A stretch of 38,237 bases of DNA from Fibrobacteraceae bacterium (GCA_023231365.1 JALNVO010000001.1:1-38237); one strand, 5' to 3'; positions 17,990 to 27,319 are shown, counted from the first letter of the stretch. A program made the numbers and translations. Notes: generated by a model from the sequence alone, not told the origin.

Positions 17990-19260
17990 TATTTGTCACC
18001 TCCCATCAACTTTGCATTGTGGATGTCCTTCTGTTCGTTCAAACGTTCGAGTTCACTTTCAAGGAAAGCTTTCCATTCTTTAGGGCGGAATACCGGGCTT
18101 GTAATGAAAATGTCCTTGTCGCCGCGGCCCGACATATTGATGACGACCGCTTGATCTTTTGGCACTTGCTTTGCAATCTTCATTGCCGCGGCGCCCGCGT
18201 GCGCGCTTTCCAGAGCGAAAAGGACGCCTTCGTTCTTGGCAAAGAAGCTCACGGCTTCGAGGGCTTCCTTATCGAGAATATTCATAAACTCAATGCGGCC
18301 GGAAGTTCCGAGTTCTGCTAGTTGCGGGCCTATGCCCATGTAATCGAGCCCCGCGGAAATAGACCGCGTGGGTAGGGATTGTCCGTCTTCATCAAGCAAA
18401 AAGCGGCTCTTGTAGCCTTGCACAATTCCTTCGCGCGAAGCGTTCCCGGTCATCCGGGATGCGTTTTCGCCCACATTCGGACCGATGCCTCCCGCTTCTG
18501 CGCCAATTAACCGCGGGGACTTTTCGTCAATAAACGGGCTGAAGAATCCGATGGAATTGGATCCGCCGCCTACGCAAGCGACCATTGCACCGATTTTAAC
18601 GCCGCGCTTTTCGCATTCTTCCTTGACTTCGTTCCCAATCACCGATTGGAATATGCGGACCATATCTGGGAATGGGGCGGGTCCGAGGGCTGAACCCAAC
18701 ACGTAATGCGTATTCTCAAAGTTAGCAGCCCAGTCGCGCATCGCTTCATTCACCGCGTCCTTGAGCGTGCGCGATCCCGAAGTGACAGGGCAGACTTTTG
18801 CGCCGTACATTTCCATCGCAGCCACGTTCGGCTGCTGGCGGCGCACGTCTACTTCACCCATATATACGGTGCAGTCGAGCCCGAGTTTAGCGCAGGCCGC
18901 GGCTGTCGCCACTCCGTGCTGGCCCGCACCCGTTTCGGCGATAATGCGGGTCTTTCCCATATATTTTGCGAGTAACGCTTGACCTATGGCATTGTTAATC
19001 TTGTGAGCGCCTGTATTTGCAAGGCCTTCAAGCTTAATATAGATCTGGCCTCCGCCCAAGATTTCTGTCGCGCGTGGAGCAAAGAGCAGGGGCGTTGCGC
19101 GTCCGATATAATCCTTCTGGATTGTATGGAGTTCGTCCATGAATTTTTTATCATGGAGGGCTTTTTCAAGAGCCGCATCCAATTCATCGAGAGGGCGGCG
19201 CAGCACTTCTGCTACGTATTTGCCACCGTATTTGCCAAAGAAACCGTTATCGCTATTCAT
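17989..19260 (-). CDS. trpB: Tryptophan synthase beta chain
   Basis: TGAHKINN, ETGAGQHG, CVGGGSN, SAGLDY, NMSGRGDKD; start at 19260 (AAGGA SD) or 19266. Confidence 0.96.
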   Translation of the reverse strand: MNSDNGFFGKYGGKYVAEVLRRPLDELDAALEKALHDKKFMDELHTIQKDYIGRATPLLFAPRATEILGGGQIYIKLEGLANTGAHKINNAIGQALLAKYMGKTRIIAETGAGQHGVATAAACAKLGLDCTVYMGEVDVRRQQPNVAAMEMYGAKVCPVTSGSRTLKDAVNEAMRDWAANFENTHYVLGSALGPAPFPDMVRIFQSVIGNEVKEECEKRGVKIGAMVACVGGGSNSIGFFSPFIDEKSPRLIGAEAGGIGPNVGENASRMTGNASREGIVQGYKSRFLLDEDGQSLPTRSISAGLDYMGIGPQLAELGTSGRIEFMNILDKEALEAVSFFAKNEGVLFALESAHAGAAAMKIAKQVPKDQAVVINMSGRGDKDIFITSPVFRPKEWKAFLESELERLNEQKDIHNAKLMGGDK

Positions 19261-19285
19261 ATTCATTCCTTGTGTTGTTAAAACC

Positions 19286-19380
19286 AAACAAAAAAACCTC
19301 CCGGAAAGTCCGGAAGGCTTCTGCAAACTCTAAAAATTTGCGCAAAACTCAAAAACCGGACTCTTTAGAAGGTCCGCCAC
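19286..19380 (-). promoter_or_regulatory. trp transcription attenuator (terminator/antiterminator)
   Basis: Terminator AAGCCTTCCGGA-CTT-TCCGGGAGGTTT plus U tract; AGAGTCCGG (19364-56) can pair with CCGGACTTT (19313-05) or with leader CGGAC. Confidence 0.85.
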
Positions 19381-19412
19381 CACCAACGATTGATGATATT
19401 TCGGTTTTGCAT
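19365..19412 (-). CDS. trpL: trp leader peptide MQNRNIINRWWWRTF
   Basis: 15-aa ORF with three tandem TGG codons directly upstream of the attenuator and trpB. Confidence 0.9.
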   Translation of the reverse strand: MQNRNIINRWWWRTF

Positions 19413-19418
19413 GACAAA

Positions 19419-19447
19419 AAAATAGCGAAGTGTTTTTGAGTTGGCAA
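19419..19447 (-). promoter_or_regulatory. sigma70-type promoter of trpLBA
   Basis: TTGCCA, 17-bp spacer, TATTTT; leader ATG follows 6 nt after the -10. Confidence 0.6.
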
Positions 19448-19473
19448 GGGGGGATAAAAAGTTTTTTGAACCC

Positions 19474-20388
19474 TTATCCGCCTAATTCCTTCAAATAGCG
19501 GCTGAGCGCATCTTGCCAAGTGGGAAGTGGCTTGAAACCGTTCTTCACAAGCTTTGACTTGTCCAACCGGCTATTGAAAGGTCGGGCCGCTTTGCTAATG
19601 CCATATTCTGCGGTCGTCACAGGAATCACGTTCGTTTTGAGGCCCGCTTGCTTGTAGATTTCCTTTGTAAAATCATACCAGCTGATATAGCCGCCTTCAT
19701 TTGTCGCGTGATAGTAACCGTATTTTTCCGTTTGTATCATGTCCACCAAAAGGCGTGCGAGATCAAGCGTGTAGGTTGGAGTGCCGACCTGGTCGCTCAC
19801 CACCCGCACAGTATCGTGGGAACGCCCTACGTTCAGCATAGTCTTGATGAAGTTTTTGCCGTTTAGCCCGAACACCCAGGCGATGCGCACAATGAAGAAT
19901 TTTTCGAGATTGCCGCTCACCGCAAGTTCGCCATCTAGTTTAGTTTGTCCGTAAACATTGAGCGGCTTGTAGTCCTTGCAATCCGGTTCCCAGGGTTTAG
20001 TCCCCAGTCCGTCGAACACATAATCCGTACTGATGTAAACCATCTTGCAACCGAGCTTTTTGCAAACCTTTGCGATGTTTTCTGTACCGCCTGCATTGAT
20101 AGCCTTTACCTTAGCCTGCTTGTCTGCATCTTCAGCCAAATCTACGGCAGTCCAGGCTGCGCAATGCACGACCACGTCCGGATTCACCTTTGAAATTTCA
20201 TTTTCGACCATGGAAGCGTTGGTTATGTCCATCGGCATATAGGGGAGTTTTGTAACGGCAGAACCGTCCGCGATTCCTGAATATTCTGGCAGAAGATCGC
20301 TGCCTATGCCGCTAAATCCGCGCTTATCGAGTTCGTTCATCACATCGTGCCCAAGCTGGCCAGCAACTCCTGTTACTAAAACTTTCAT
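19474..20388 (-). CDS. rfbD: dTDP-4-dehydrorhamnose reductase
   Basis: TGVAGQLG, CAAWTAVD, STDYVFDG, YGQTK, DQVGTPTY; GAGG SD before ATG 20388. Confidence 0.93.
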   Translation of the reverse strand: MKVLVTGVAGQLGHDVMNELDKRGFSGIGSDLLPEYSGIADGSAVTKLPYMPMDITNASMVENEISKVNPDVVVHCAAWTAVDLAEDADKQAKVKAINAGGTENIAKVCKKLGCKMVYISTDYVFDGLGTKPWEPDCKDYKPLNVYGQTKLDGELAVSGNLEKFFIVRIAWVFGLNGKNFIKTMLNVGRSHDTVRVVSDQVGTPTYTLDLARLLVDMIQTEKYGYYHATNEGGYISWYDFTKEIYKQAGLKTNVIPVTTAEYGISKAARPFNSRLDKSKLVKNGFKPLPTWQDALSRYLKELGG

Positions 20389-20426
20389 AAATTCCTCTAT
20401 CGTTTTAAAAATTGAAATAAAATCTT

Positions 20427-21464
20427 TCACTTCAGCGGATTTTTGTCGCTTTTGTACCACTTCATAAATTCGGCGATACCGTCGTGGAGCGTCCAATGCG
20501 GTTTGTAACCGACCTCGCGTTCCAAGTTGGATGTATCCGCGTTAGTTTGGTATACATCGCCGTGTTGCAGTGGCAAAAACTCTTTTTTAGCGGGAGAACC
20601 GTAAGCCAATTCTATTTCGCTAATAAAGTCCATTAATTTTACGGGGTGGCTACAGCCGATGTTATAAACTTTATAGGGCACACCGTTTTGGCATTCCGCT
20701 ATTGTCGGTGTATGGTCCAGTACGTGGATAGTTCCTTCGGCAATATCGTCGATATAGGTAAAATCGCGGATCATATCGCCGTTGTTGAATACTTTAATCG
20801 GCTCGCCTTTGGAGATTGCCTTTGCAAAAAGCATCGGCGACATATCGGGACGGCCCCACGGACCGTATACGGTAAAATAGCGGAGCCCAGTCGTTGCAAA
20901 ACCGTAGAGCTTGCTGTAGGCATGGGCCATCAGTTCGTTGCTCTTTTTGCTCGCCGCATACAAGCTTACGGGGGAATCCACTTTGTCGCTCTCACTGTAA
21001 GGTACTTTAGCATTCAATCCATAAACGGAACTGGAAGAAGCGAACACCAAGTGCTTTACTTCAAAGTTTCGGCAAGCTTCGAGAATGTTCAAAAAACCGA
21101 CCAGATTGCTCTGTAAATAAGCGTAAGGGTTAGTAATGGAATAGCGCACTCCGGCCTGTGCCGCCAAGTTGATGACTTTCTCGAAATGCTCCTTGGCAAA
21201 TAAAGCGTCTAGACAAGCCTTATCGTCAATAGCGAGGCAGATGAATTTGCAATTAGGCCATTTTTTGCTGGACAATTCCTTGCCGAAAGCGAAACCCTCC
21301 GCGGGCTCATCGAACCCGCATTCCCGCAAGCGGCCGAATTTGAGGCGCACATCGTAATAATCGTTGAGATTATCAATTCCCAACACGGAATCGCCGCGCT
21401 CCGCGAGCATAGACATCACTTTAGAGCCGATAAAACCGGCAGCACCAGTTAGAAGAACTTTCAT
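20427..21464 (-). CDS. NAD-dependent epimerase (UDP-glucuronate 4-epimerase family)
   Basis: TGAAGFIG, NLAAQAGVRYS, ASSSSVYG, YAASK, FTVYGPWGRPDM. Confidence 0.9.
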   Translation of the reverse strand: MKVLLTGAAGFIGSKVMSMLAERGDSVLGIDNLNDYYDVRLKFGRLRECGFDEPAEGFAFGKELSSKKWPNCKFICLAIDDKACLDALFAKEHFEKVINLAAQAGVRYSITNPYAYLQSNLVGFLNILEACRNFEVKHLVFASSSSVYGLNAKVPYSESDKVDSPVSLYAASKKSNELMAHAYSKLYGFATTGLRYFTVYGPWGRPDMSPMLFAKAISKGEPIKVFNNGDMIRDFTYIDDIAEGTIHVLDHTPTIAECQNGVPYKVYNIGCSHPVKLMDFISEIELAYGSPAKKEFLPLQHGDVYQTNADTSNLEREVGYKPHWTLHDGIAEFMKWYKSDKNPLK

Positions 21465-21548
21465 AAATTCAAAAACCTTTTGGTCAGAACGATCTATAGA
21501 ATTATACCAAATAAATCTAGCAAACTTTATCTTACAGATTCCACTAAA

Positions 21549-22033
21549 GGGTACCTCTAAAAACTGCTTTGGTTAAGTGAATTTATCAAGAACCGAGCAA
21601 TGGCAGAAACGATTGTCGCCTAAAACGAGAGCTGCGGGCATGCTTGCATGCACATTGCCGAGTTGCACCGACAAGTGCGCAAACACAAAAGTGGCTAAAA
21701 TCGCCCAAATTGAGAGTCGCACTCAAGCTTGCTTGAGTATGACCGAAATGCAGGCGATGACGCGAAGCGTCAATACTGGATGTATTGATGCCTTCGGCAT
21801 CCGCTTCTGCGCCTCGATCATGATAGCGAACGAGTTCGCTACCTGAGATGCTCGGCTTGAGCAACAGGTACTTCAGTCCACCAGTGCGAAGTGTTATTGA
21901 TAAATTGTTGCGGTGTCACGTTGTTCCATCCTCACCCCCTGCGGGGCTGCCTCGAAAGTCAGCTCTACGAATCCTGATGTTCCCTGAAGGGAACCGGCTT
22001 CTCGTCATAAAAATTGAGTTTTTAGAGGTGCCC
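21549..22033. mobile_element. Non-autonomous MITE, 485 bp, palindrome-rich
   Basis: TIRs GGGTACCTCTAAAAACT (21549-65) and AGTTTTTAGAGGTGCCC (22017-33), 16/17 match; TAAA direct repeat on both sides (21545-48, 22034-37); no transposase. Confidence 0.82.
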
Positions 22034-22758
22034 TAAATTCCGAACAGCTTATTGACTTCGTTTTCCCGGATAATCCTTTTGCTCTTGGCTTGGGAATGGG
22101 AAAGCATCGATTCAATCCTGTCTTGGATGGCGCTCCCGATCAATTTTTCCGTATCGATACCCCGGAGTTTGAAAAATAGAAGAGGCTCTTTGTCGAAGCG
22201 GGCCCCGATCCCGTATAAAACTGCGGCGACATGCTTGCACATATCGGCAACATCCGGGCAAGAACATTCAAAATGAATGTCGGCCATGGTGGGGAAGAGA
22301 CCACCTTCTTTCTTTAGAAAAAGTTTTTTGAGGGCTTCAGGAAAGTTCCCGTTGATGAGCTCTTCTATGTTTTGGATGTGCGTTGAGCTTTCCTTTATAA
22401 TATTCTTGTATTCCGCTTTGCCGAGTTCATTGATTTGCACTTTGATCCTATAGGGCGTTTTCCCGCTGCCGATGACCTTTGCGGAAACTTTTCCCCGTTC
22501 AATCTGCAAATCGACCACGGCATTGTTTCTCACGTATTTTCTACCGCGCTCCAAGCGGTTGTAAAAGTCTGCATAGCTCTCGAGGTTATCGCACCAGGCT
22601 TTTCCCCACCAGGATTTTGCGATCGCCCGGCCTTCCAATTCTATAGGGCTTAATAGATGTCCCTTTCCTTCTTCTTTTTGCAAGTATTTTTTTGCTTTTT
22701 CCTTAAGGTCGCCGACGGAAGTATAGCGGAAGCTTTTAAAATAATCATAAAAACTCAT
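22033..22758 (-). CDS. SWIM zinc-finger protein (YwqB/Rv2102-like)
   Basis: WWGKAW, NRLERGRKY, CSCPD...CKH SWIM motif, LLFFKLRG. Confidence 0.88.
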   Translation of the reverse strand: MSFYDYFKSFRYTSVGDLKEKAKKYLQKEEGKGHLLSPIELEGRAIAKSWWGKAWCDNLESYADFYNRLERGRKYVRNNAVVDLQIERGKVSAKVIGSGKTPYRIKVQINELGKAEYKNIIKESSTHIQNIEELINGNFPEALKKLFLKKEGGLFPTMADIHFECSCPDVADMCKHVAAVLYGIGARFDKEPLLFFKLRGIDTEKLIGSAIQDRIESMLSHSQAKSKRIIRENEVNKLFGI

Positions 22759-22759
22759 A

Positions 22760-25348
22760 TCAAGCCTCCAGCTTTAACAAGTGCATCAAGTCCTTGTCGC
22801 TCATTTCCGTAATCCATTTTTCGTTGGAGACCTCGCCGACAATATTTGTCGCAAGATTTTTCTTGGATTCGATCAGATCGTCTATTTTCTCTTCTATCGT
22901 CCCGCGCGACACGAATTTGTGCACGAAGACATTTTTTGTCTGTCCTATGCGGAAAGCCCTGTCGGTCGCTTGGTTTTCTACGGCTGGGTTCCACCAGCGG
23001 TCAAAGTGAATAACGTGATTTGCATTAGTGAGATTGAGCCCCGTTCCACCGGCTTTTACAGAAAGCACCATATAGGGAATATATCTGTCGCTTTGAAATT
23101 CTTCAACCATCTTATTCCGCGCAGAAATTTTCGTCCCTCCGTGCAGAACAAAGCCCGGGCACCCAAAGACTTCTGTTAGGAATGCATCCAAATAAGAGGT
23201 GATTTCCCGGAATTGGGTAAAGACTATGACCTGCTCGCGTTTTTCGTAAATTGTTCCGCACAATTCGCGCAGCATTCCGAATTTTCCGCTTTCTTCTTCC
23301 GCGTATTCTTCACGCCCGAGGAATTGGTCGGGATGGTTGCAAATCTGCTTCAAGTGAAGGAGGGAAGAAAGTACGAGACCGCGCCGTTTCATCGGGTCGT
23401 CGTCTATTTCCGCGTGTTTTAGTTTTTGCTCCAGATCATCGAGCAGATCCTTGTATAGTGCGGCCTGCTTCTTGGATAGCGTTACATAATCCTTGGTTTC
23501 GTTCTTTTCTGGAAGATCCTTGATTATTAATTTATCTGTTTTCAGCCTGCGCAGCATAAATGGAGAAATCATTTCTTTCAGTTTTGAATAACCAGAAGGC
23601 TTTCCCGCAAGCGATTTGCAGAACCTTTTGAATTCTGTGGCGCTTCCCAAAAGTCCTCTGTCCAAAAAATCGAATAGGGACCATAAATTGGAAAGGTCGT
23701 TTTCAATCGGGGTCCCGGTCATCGCTATGCGCCGATCCGCATAAAGTTCTTTGATGCTCTTTGACTGTTTGGAGAGGGGATTCTTTATCGCTTGAGCTTC
23801 ATCAAGAATCAAGGCGTTCCACTTGATTTCTTTGAGCGGTTCCAAGCGGCCGACCATCCCATAAGTCGTTATCGTGAGGAACGCAGTCCCCTTTTTCAAG
23901 GCGTTGTTTAATTTATTTGTACTTTCGCCGTGTAGAATAGTTACGTCCATCTCTGGAACAAATTTATGGCATTCTTTTTGCCAGTTTCCAGTGAGGGAGG
24001 CTGGAACAATGAGAAGAATTTTTAAGCTCGGTTTTTGTGCCCGGATGGATTCGAGGTAGGTGAGCACTTGTACGGTTTTTCCCAAGCCCATGTCGTCGGC
24101 AAGACAGGCGCCAAAGCCGAACTTGTCCATTTGCAAAAGCCACTTGAAGCCAACCAGCTGATAGGGCCGGAGCGTTGCGCATAAAGTCTTCGGAACTTCG
24201 CTAATTTCTCCTTGCTGTGTGCGAAGCCCATGCATGATTTGCGAAAGCCATTCACCATTGGTAATAGAAGGGTGCGGAAACGTGTCGTTTTCTTGTTCTG
24301 TACTTATATTGAAGCGGAGAGCCTCCAACAGGGAAATATCCCCGTTGTATTTTTCCATTTGTTTGAGAAGCGAACGGAGGCGTTCGTGGTCAACCTCAAT
24401 CCATTTCCCCTTTATGAAGGCAAGTCCTTCCGTGGCCTGCAATAGGCATTGAATGTCCGCTTTGGTAAGTATTAAGCCATCCACTTCAAGGAAGCCTTGC
24501 ATGGCGATAATGGAATCCAGGCCTAGAATCGATTTCTTGTTTTCGCCCAGTTTGACCGTCAATGAAGGCTTTTGGCGGCTCTTCTTCCACCAGTCTGGAA
24601 TGCGGCACACGATTCCTGCATCTTCGATTGCGGGGACGGATTTCAGAAATTCAAATGCTTCCGCTGAAGTGAACTTCAATGGGTGGAACATCTCACCGCT
24701 TTCAATAAAACCATTGATCAAGGGTGAAACGTCTCCCGCCTTATTCAGGCACGAAAGCAGGGAAAGAATCTTTGTCCTGTCCTCTTTGTATTCCGTGAGC
24801 GCGTATTTCAGAGGTGCGTGCGAAATTTTCCCGTTTCCGTCTTTGGTCGAATAAGTCGCCAAAAAGGCGAAAGGAAATTCATCGTCATACTTGTTTTCTA
24901 CGAGATGGAAAAATATCTTTTCCGCGACCTTCAGATGCTGGCTTTTCTCTGCAAGATATAGAGCCACTGTGCCGCTGTAATTGCCGATCTCTTTAGAAAA
25001 CTCCTGATTCAGTCCGGCCCAGATATTTTGTATCCATCTGCTGTCTACATATTCCATGCCCGGGGCAAAGGGAATGCTCTGTAGAAGCGAAGAAATGTCT
25101 TCCTTGTCTGGCGAGGCCTCCGTAGTTTCCCGGCTGAGTTCCAACCCTTCAGTCTCCGAAAGCTTTTTGAAAAAAAGATCCGCAAGGCGGAAGAGAAAAA
25201 GAGCCGTGGCGTTATCTTCCGAAGGCCTTTCGCTAAGTGCGGAATCGTACAGCGCAAGAAGGGGATTCCCGATAAATTCTCCTGAATAAGTAGGCGAATC
25301 TGCGGCAAATAATGTCGGCGTAAAACGGAATGGGGGAATCAGCGTCAT
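22760..25348 (-). CDS. SNF2-family helicase/translocase (YwqA/HelZ-like)
   Basis: LRPYQ, LADDMGLGKT, DEAQ, TGTPIEN, LRRLK, GLNLT, DRWWNPAVENQATDRAFRIGQ. Confidence 0.92.
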   Translation of the reverse strand: MTLIPPFRFTPTLFAADSPTYSGEFIGNPLLALYDSALSERPSEDNATALFLFRLADLFFKKLSETEGLELSRETTEASPDKEDISSLLQSIPFAPGMEYVDSRWIQNIWAGLNQEFSKEIGNYSGTVALYLAEKSQHLKVAEKIFFHLVENKYDDEFPFAFLATYSTKDGNGKISHAPLKYALTEYKEDRTKILSLLSCLNKAGDVSPLINGFIESGEMFHPLKFTSAEAFEFLKSVPAIEDAGIVCRIPDWWKKSRQKPSLTVKLGENKKSILGLDSIIAMQGFLEVDGLILTKADIQCLLQATEGLAFIKGKWIEVDHERLRSLLKQMEKYNGDISLLEALRFNISTEQENDTFPHPSITNGEWLSQIMHGLRTQQGEISEVPKTLCATLRPYQLVGFKWLLQMDKFGFGACLADDMGLGKTVQVLTYLESIRAQKPSLKILLIVPASLTGNWQKECHKFVPEMDVTILHGESTNKLNNALKKGTAFLTITTYGMVGRLEPLKEIKWNALILDEAQAIKNPLSKQSKSIKELYADRRIAMTGTPIENDLSNLWSLFDFLDRGLLGSATEFKRFCKSLAGKPSGYSKLKEMISPFMLRRLKTDKLIIKDLPEKNETKDYVTLSKKQAALYKDLLDDLEQKLKHAEIDDDPMKRRGLVLSSLLHLKQICNHPDQFLGREEYAEEESGKFGMLRELCGTIYEKREQVIVFTQFREITSYLDAFLTEVFGCPGFVLHGGTKISARNKMVEEFQSDRYIPYMVLSVKAGGTGLNLTNANHVIHFDRWWNPAVENQATDRAFRIGQTKNVFVHKFVSRGTIEEKIDDLIESKKNLATNIVGEVSNEKWITEMSDKDLMHLLKLEA

Positions 25349-25689
25349 CGAATTTTCTCATCAAGAGGATGGATTGGATATCTGTTTTTTAGAGAGATTT
25401 CCCTTTAATCTAAAAAATACACGAATCTTTATTCCGCATGCGTCAAAAACAGCATGGAATAGTCATAAACGGGGTAGCTCGATGTTCCTTTTCCCGCCGA
25501 ATGTCGCGAACGCCTCTGATATGATCGGCTTCCTTGATCGTGTTGAATACTTTTTGGCAGACTATGACCGATTTCGTGCTATAGAGCATCTTAAAATTGG
25601 GGGTGGAAAAGAATGCTAATTTGGTTTGAACAGGAAAAATGTGAATGGAGGCGTTGAATGCTGAAGCGGAAAACAGAATCAGTCCCAAC

Positions 25690-26805
25690 CTAGCTTGATA
25701 CTCGTTTAAGCCACATCGCGAAAAAGCGGTCGTTTACCCTGTAGCCCCCATCCTCCAAAGTGATCCTGTCGTCATCCATTAATCGCTTCAAAGCCGACTG
25801 CACTGCGCTCGCCGAGCGCAGTCTGTATTTTTGAATAAAACTCCCGGAAAGCACTTTTTCCACGCGCCCCTCCGCGGCAATCGCTTTTAGCACTGCCTGC
25901 TGGGCCTGCGGAATTACATACAAAAGCGACTCGAACATGTCGCTGCACTCGGCAATGCGATCCGCGACGGCGGTGCGGAGCACTTCCTCCGAGCACACCT
26001 TCTCTGTCATATAGAAGGCCAGATTCAAAACACTCTGCATGTACCAGGTATGCCCCTCGAACAGATTATAAACGTAGCGAACGCCTTCCGCCGTAATTTT
26101 CTTTTTTGCCGCAGCGAAATGATGTAAGGCAAAATCCGTGTATGCCGACAAAGGAATTGCTTTGAGGGTCATAGGGGTGCACATATTGTAAAAAGGCCGT
26201 GATGGACTTCCGAACATATTTTCGAGTACATGTCGGCCGCTCCCCGCAAAAAGGAACACCGCATTCGGACAGTTCTGGATGTGCGTCCGCAGCAGGGCTT
26301 CCGTATTTTTCTCTGGATATTTCCCGATCTGCTGGAATTCATCAATGGCCACCACACAAAATTTTCCCGCCCCAGCAAGATAAGTGAAAATTTCTTCCAG
26401 AGTCTTCTGCGGTTGCGTTACCGCCCCGCCTCCTAGAGACCATTCTGGAACCCCCGTTGCATCAACACTCACACGGAATTCCAAGGAGCGGACAAAACCG
26501 GCAAAAACCTCCAGGGCCTTTTTCCCACGGGGTTTTAGTGCCGTACAGATCTGGTTTCCCAGCAGAGTTACAAAATCCGCAAGGCACAGTGTCGAATAGA
26601 TATCCATGAAAAAGCAATAATTCTTTTTCTGGATCTCCGGTTGCGCAAAACAATGGCGGATAAGTCCCGATTTCCCCATGCGGCGCGGAGAAATGATTAA
26701 TCTGTGATTACGATTCTGAACCGCCGCGAGGATCGTCCGGGTTTCGGCCTCCCGGTCACAGAAATACTCTGCGGAAAAATAACCCGAAAGAATGAAAGGA
26801 TTCAT
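25690..26805 (-). CDS. AAA+/STAND-like ATPase with probable C-terminal winged helix
   Basis: MNPF...FCDRE N-terminus, Walker A SPRRMGKS, Walker B IDEFQ, AGS sensor, GHTWY, C-terminal YRVNDRFFAMWL. Confidence 0.85.
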   Translation of the reverse strand: MNPFILSGYFSAEYFCDREAETRTILAAVQNRNHRLIISPRRMGKSGLIRHCFAQPEIQKKNYCFFMDIYSTLCLADFVTLLGNQICTALKPRGKKALEVFAGFVRSLEFRVSVDATGVPEWSLGGGAVTQPQKTLEEIFTYLAGAGKFCVVAIDEFQQIGKYPEKNTEALLRTHIQNCPNAVFLFAGSGRHVLENMFGSPSRPFYNMCTPMTLKAIPLSAYTDFALHHFAAAKKKITAEGVRYVYNLFEGHTWYMQSVLNLAFYMTEKVCSEEVLRTAVADRIAECSDMFESLLYVIPQAQQAVLKAIAAEGRVEKVLSGSFIQKYRLRSASAVQSALKRLMDDDRITLEDGGYRVNDRFFAMWLKRVSS

Positions 26806-26811
26806 ATCCTG

Positions 26812-26865
26812 AATATAATTATTCTTTTATAATTATGCAAAAAGAATAATTCTTTTTGCATAATT
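26812..26865 (-). promoter_or_regulatory. ATPase promoter overlapped by perfect 35-bp palindrome
   Basis: TTGCAT, 17-bp spacer, TATATT; AATTATGCAAAAAGAAT-A-ATTCTTTTTGCATAATT (26831-65). Confidence 0.7.
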
Positions 26866-27029
26866 TAATGAATCATTTTCTCGAATTTCGTCTAAAACTA
26901 CAACTCCCACTAGGGGGCGGACTGGACGTCCTCCCGGAGGGATTGGGTTCCCGAGGCGCCTTCCCGGAGCCCTTGTTCCAGAATGCCACAGTCTCCTTTG
27001 CCCACGAATTTACGGTAGCAGAGGGGGGG

Positions 27030-27319
27030 GCCTGAATCCGGATGATCCGGCTGGGGCGCCCATATGGTGCACTCAGTAAAGAATAGGACGTGCGAACGGC
27101 GGGACTGCTTTCTTCGACGGATATTTCTATTTGTGCGCTATGGTCTCCGTAATTTACGATGATGTGCACCGCTTTTGAATTCAATCCGCCCTGGAAAGTC
27201 AGATTCAGAACTCTTCGTAACTCGTCCTTGATGAGTTCCTTTACATTCTTTTTAGAACTGAATGAAATGAATATGTAGTCTATGTCATTCGTGTATCTGG
27301 GACTATGCATTAATCTTAA
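27030..27319 (-). pseudogene. AbiEii-type nucleotidyltransferase fragment (type IV TA toxin family)
   Basis: LRLMHSPRYTNDIDY (RxTxDxD NTase motif); the upstream GG motif is missing and the C-terminus runs into unrelated GC-rich sequence. Confidence 0.55.

Noticed and set aside
19267-19326. Longer trpB start at 19326
   Set aside because: The extension spans the attenuator terminator; homology-like sequence starts at about 19260
21577-21864. 89-aa and 92-aa ORFs as stand-alone genes
   Set aside because: They lie within the palindromic MITE, have no SD and resemble no protein family; kept only as a property of the repeat
21600-22000. CRISPR array
   Set aside because: Only two diverged 36-bp units, no regular repeat-spacer period and no cas genes
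25374-25692. Chain of tiny plus-strand ORFs (MFLFPP...KEC, MLIWF..., MLKRK...)
   Set aside because: No recognisable motifs; could be gene debris but not supportable
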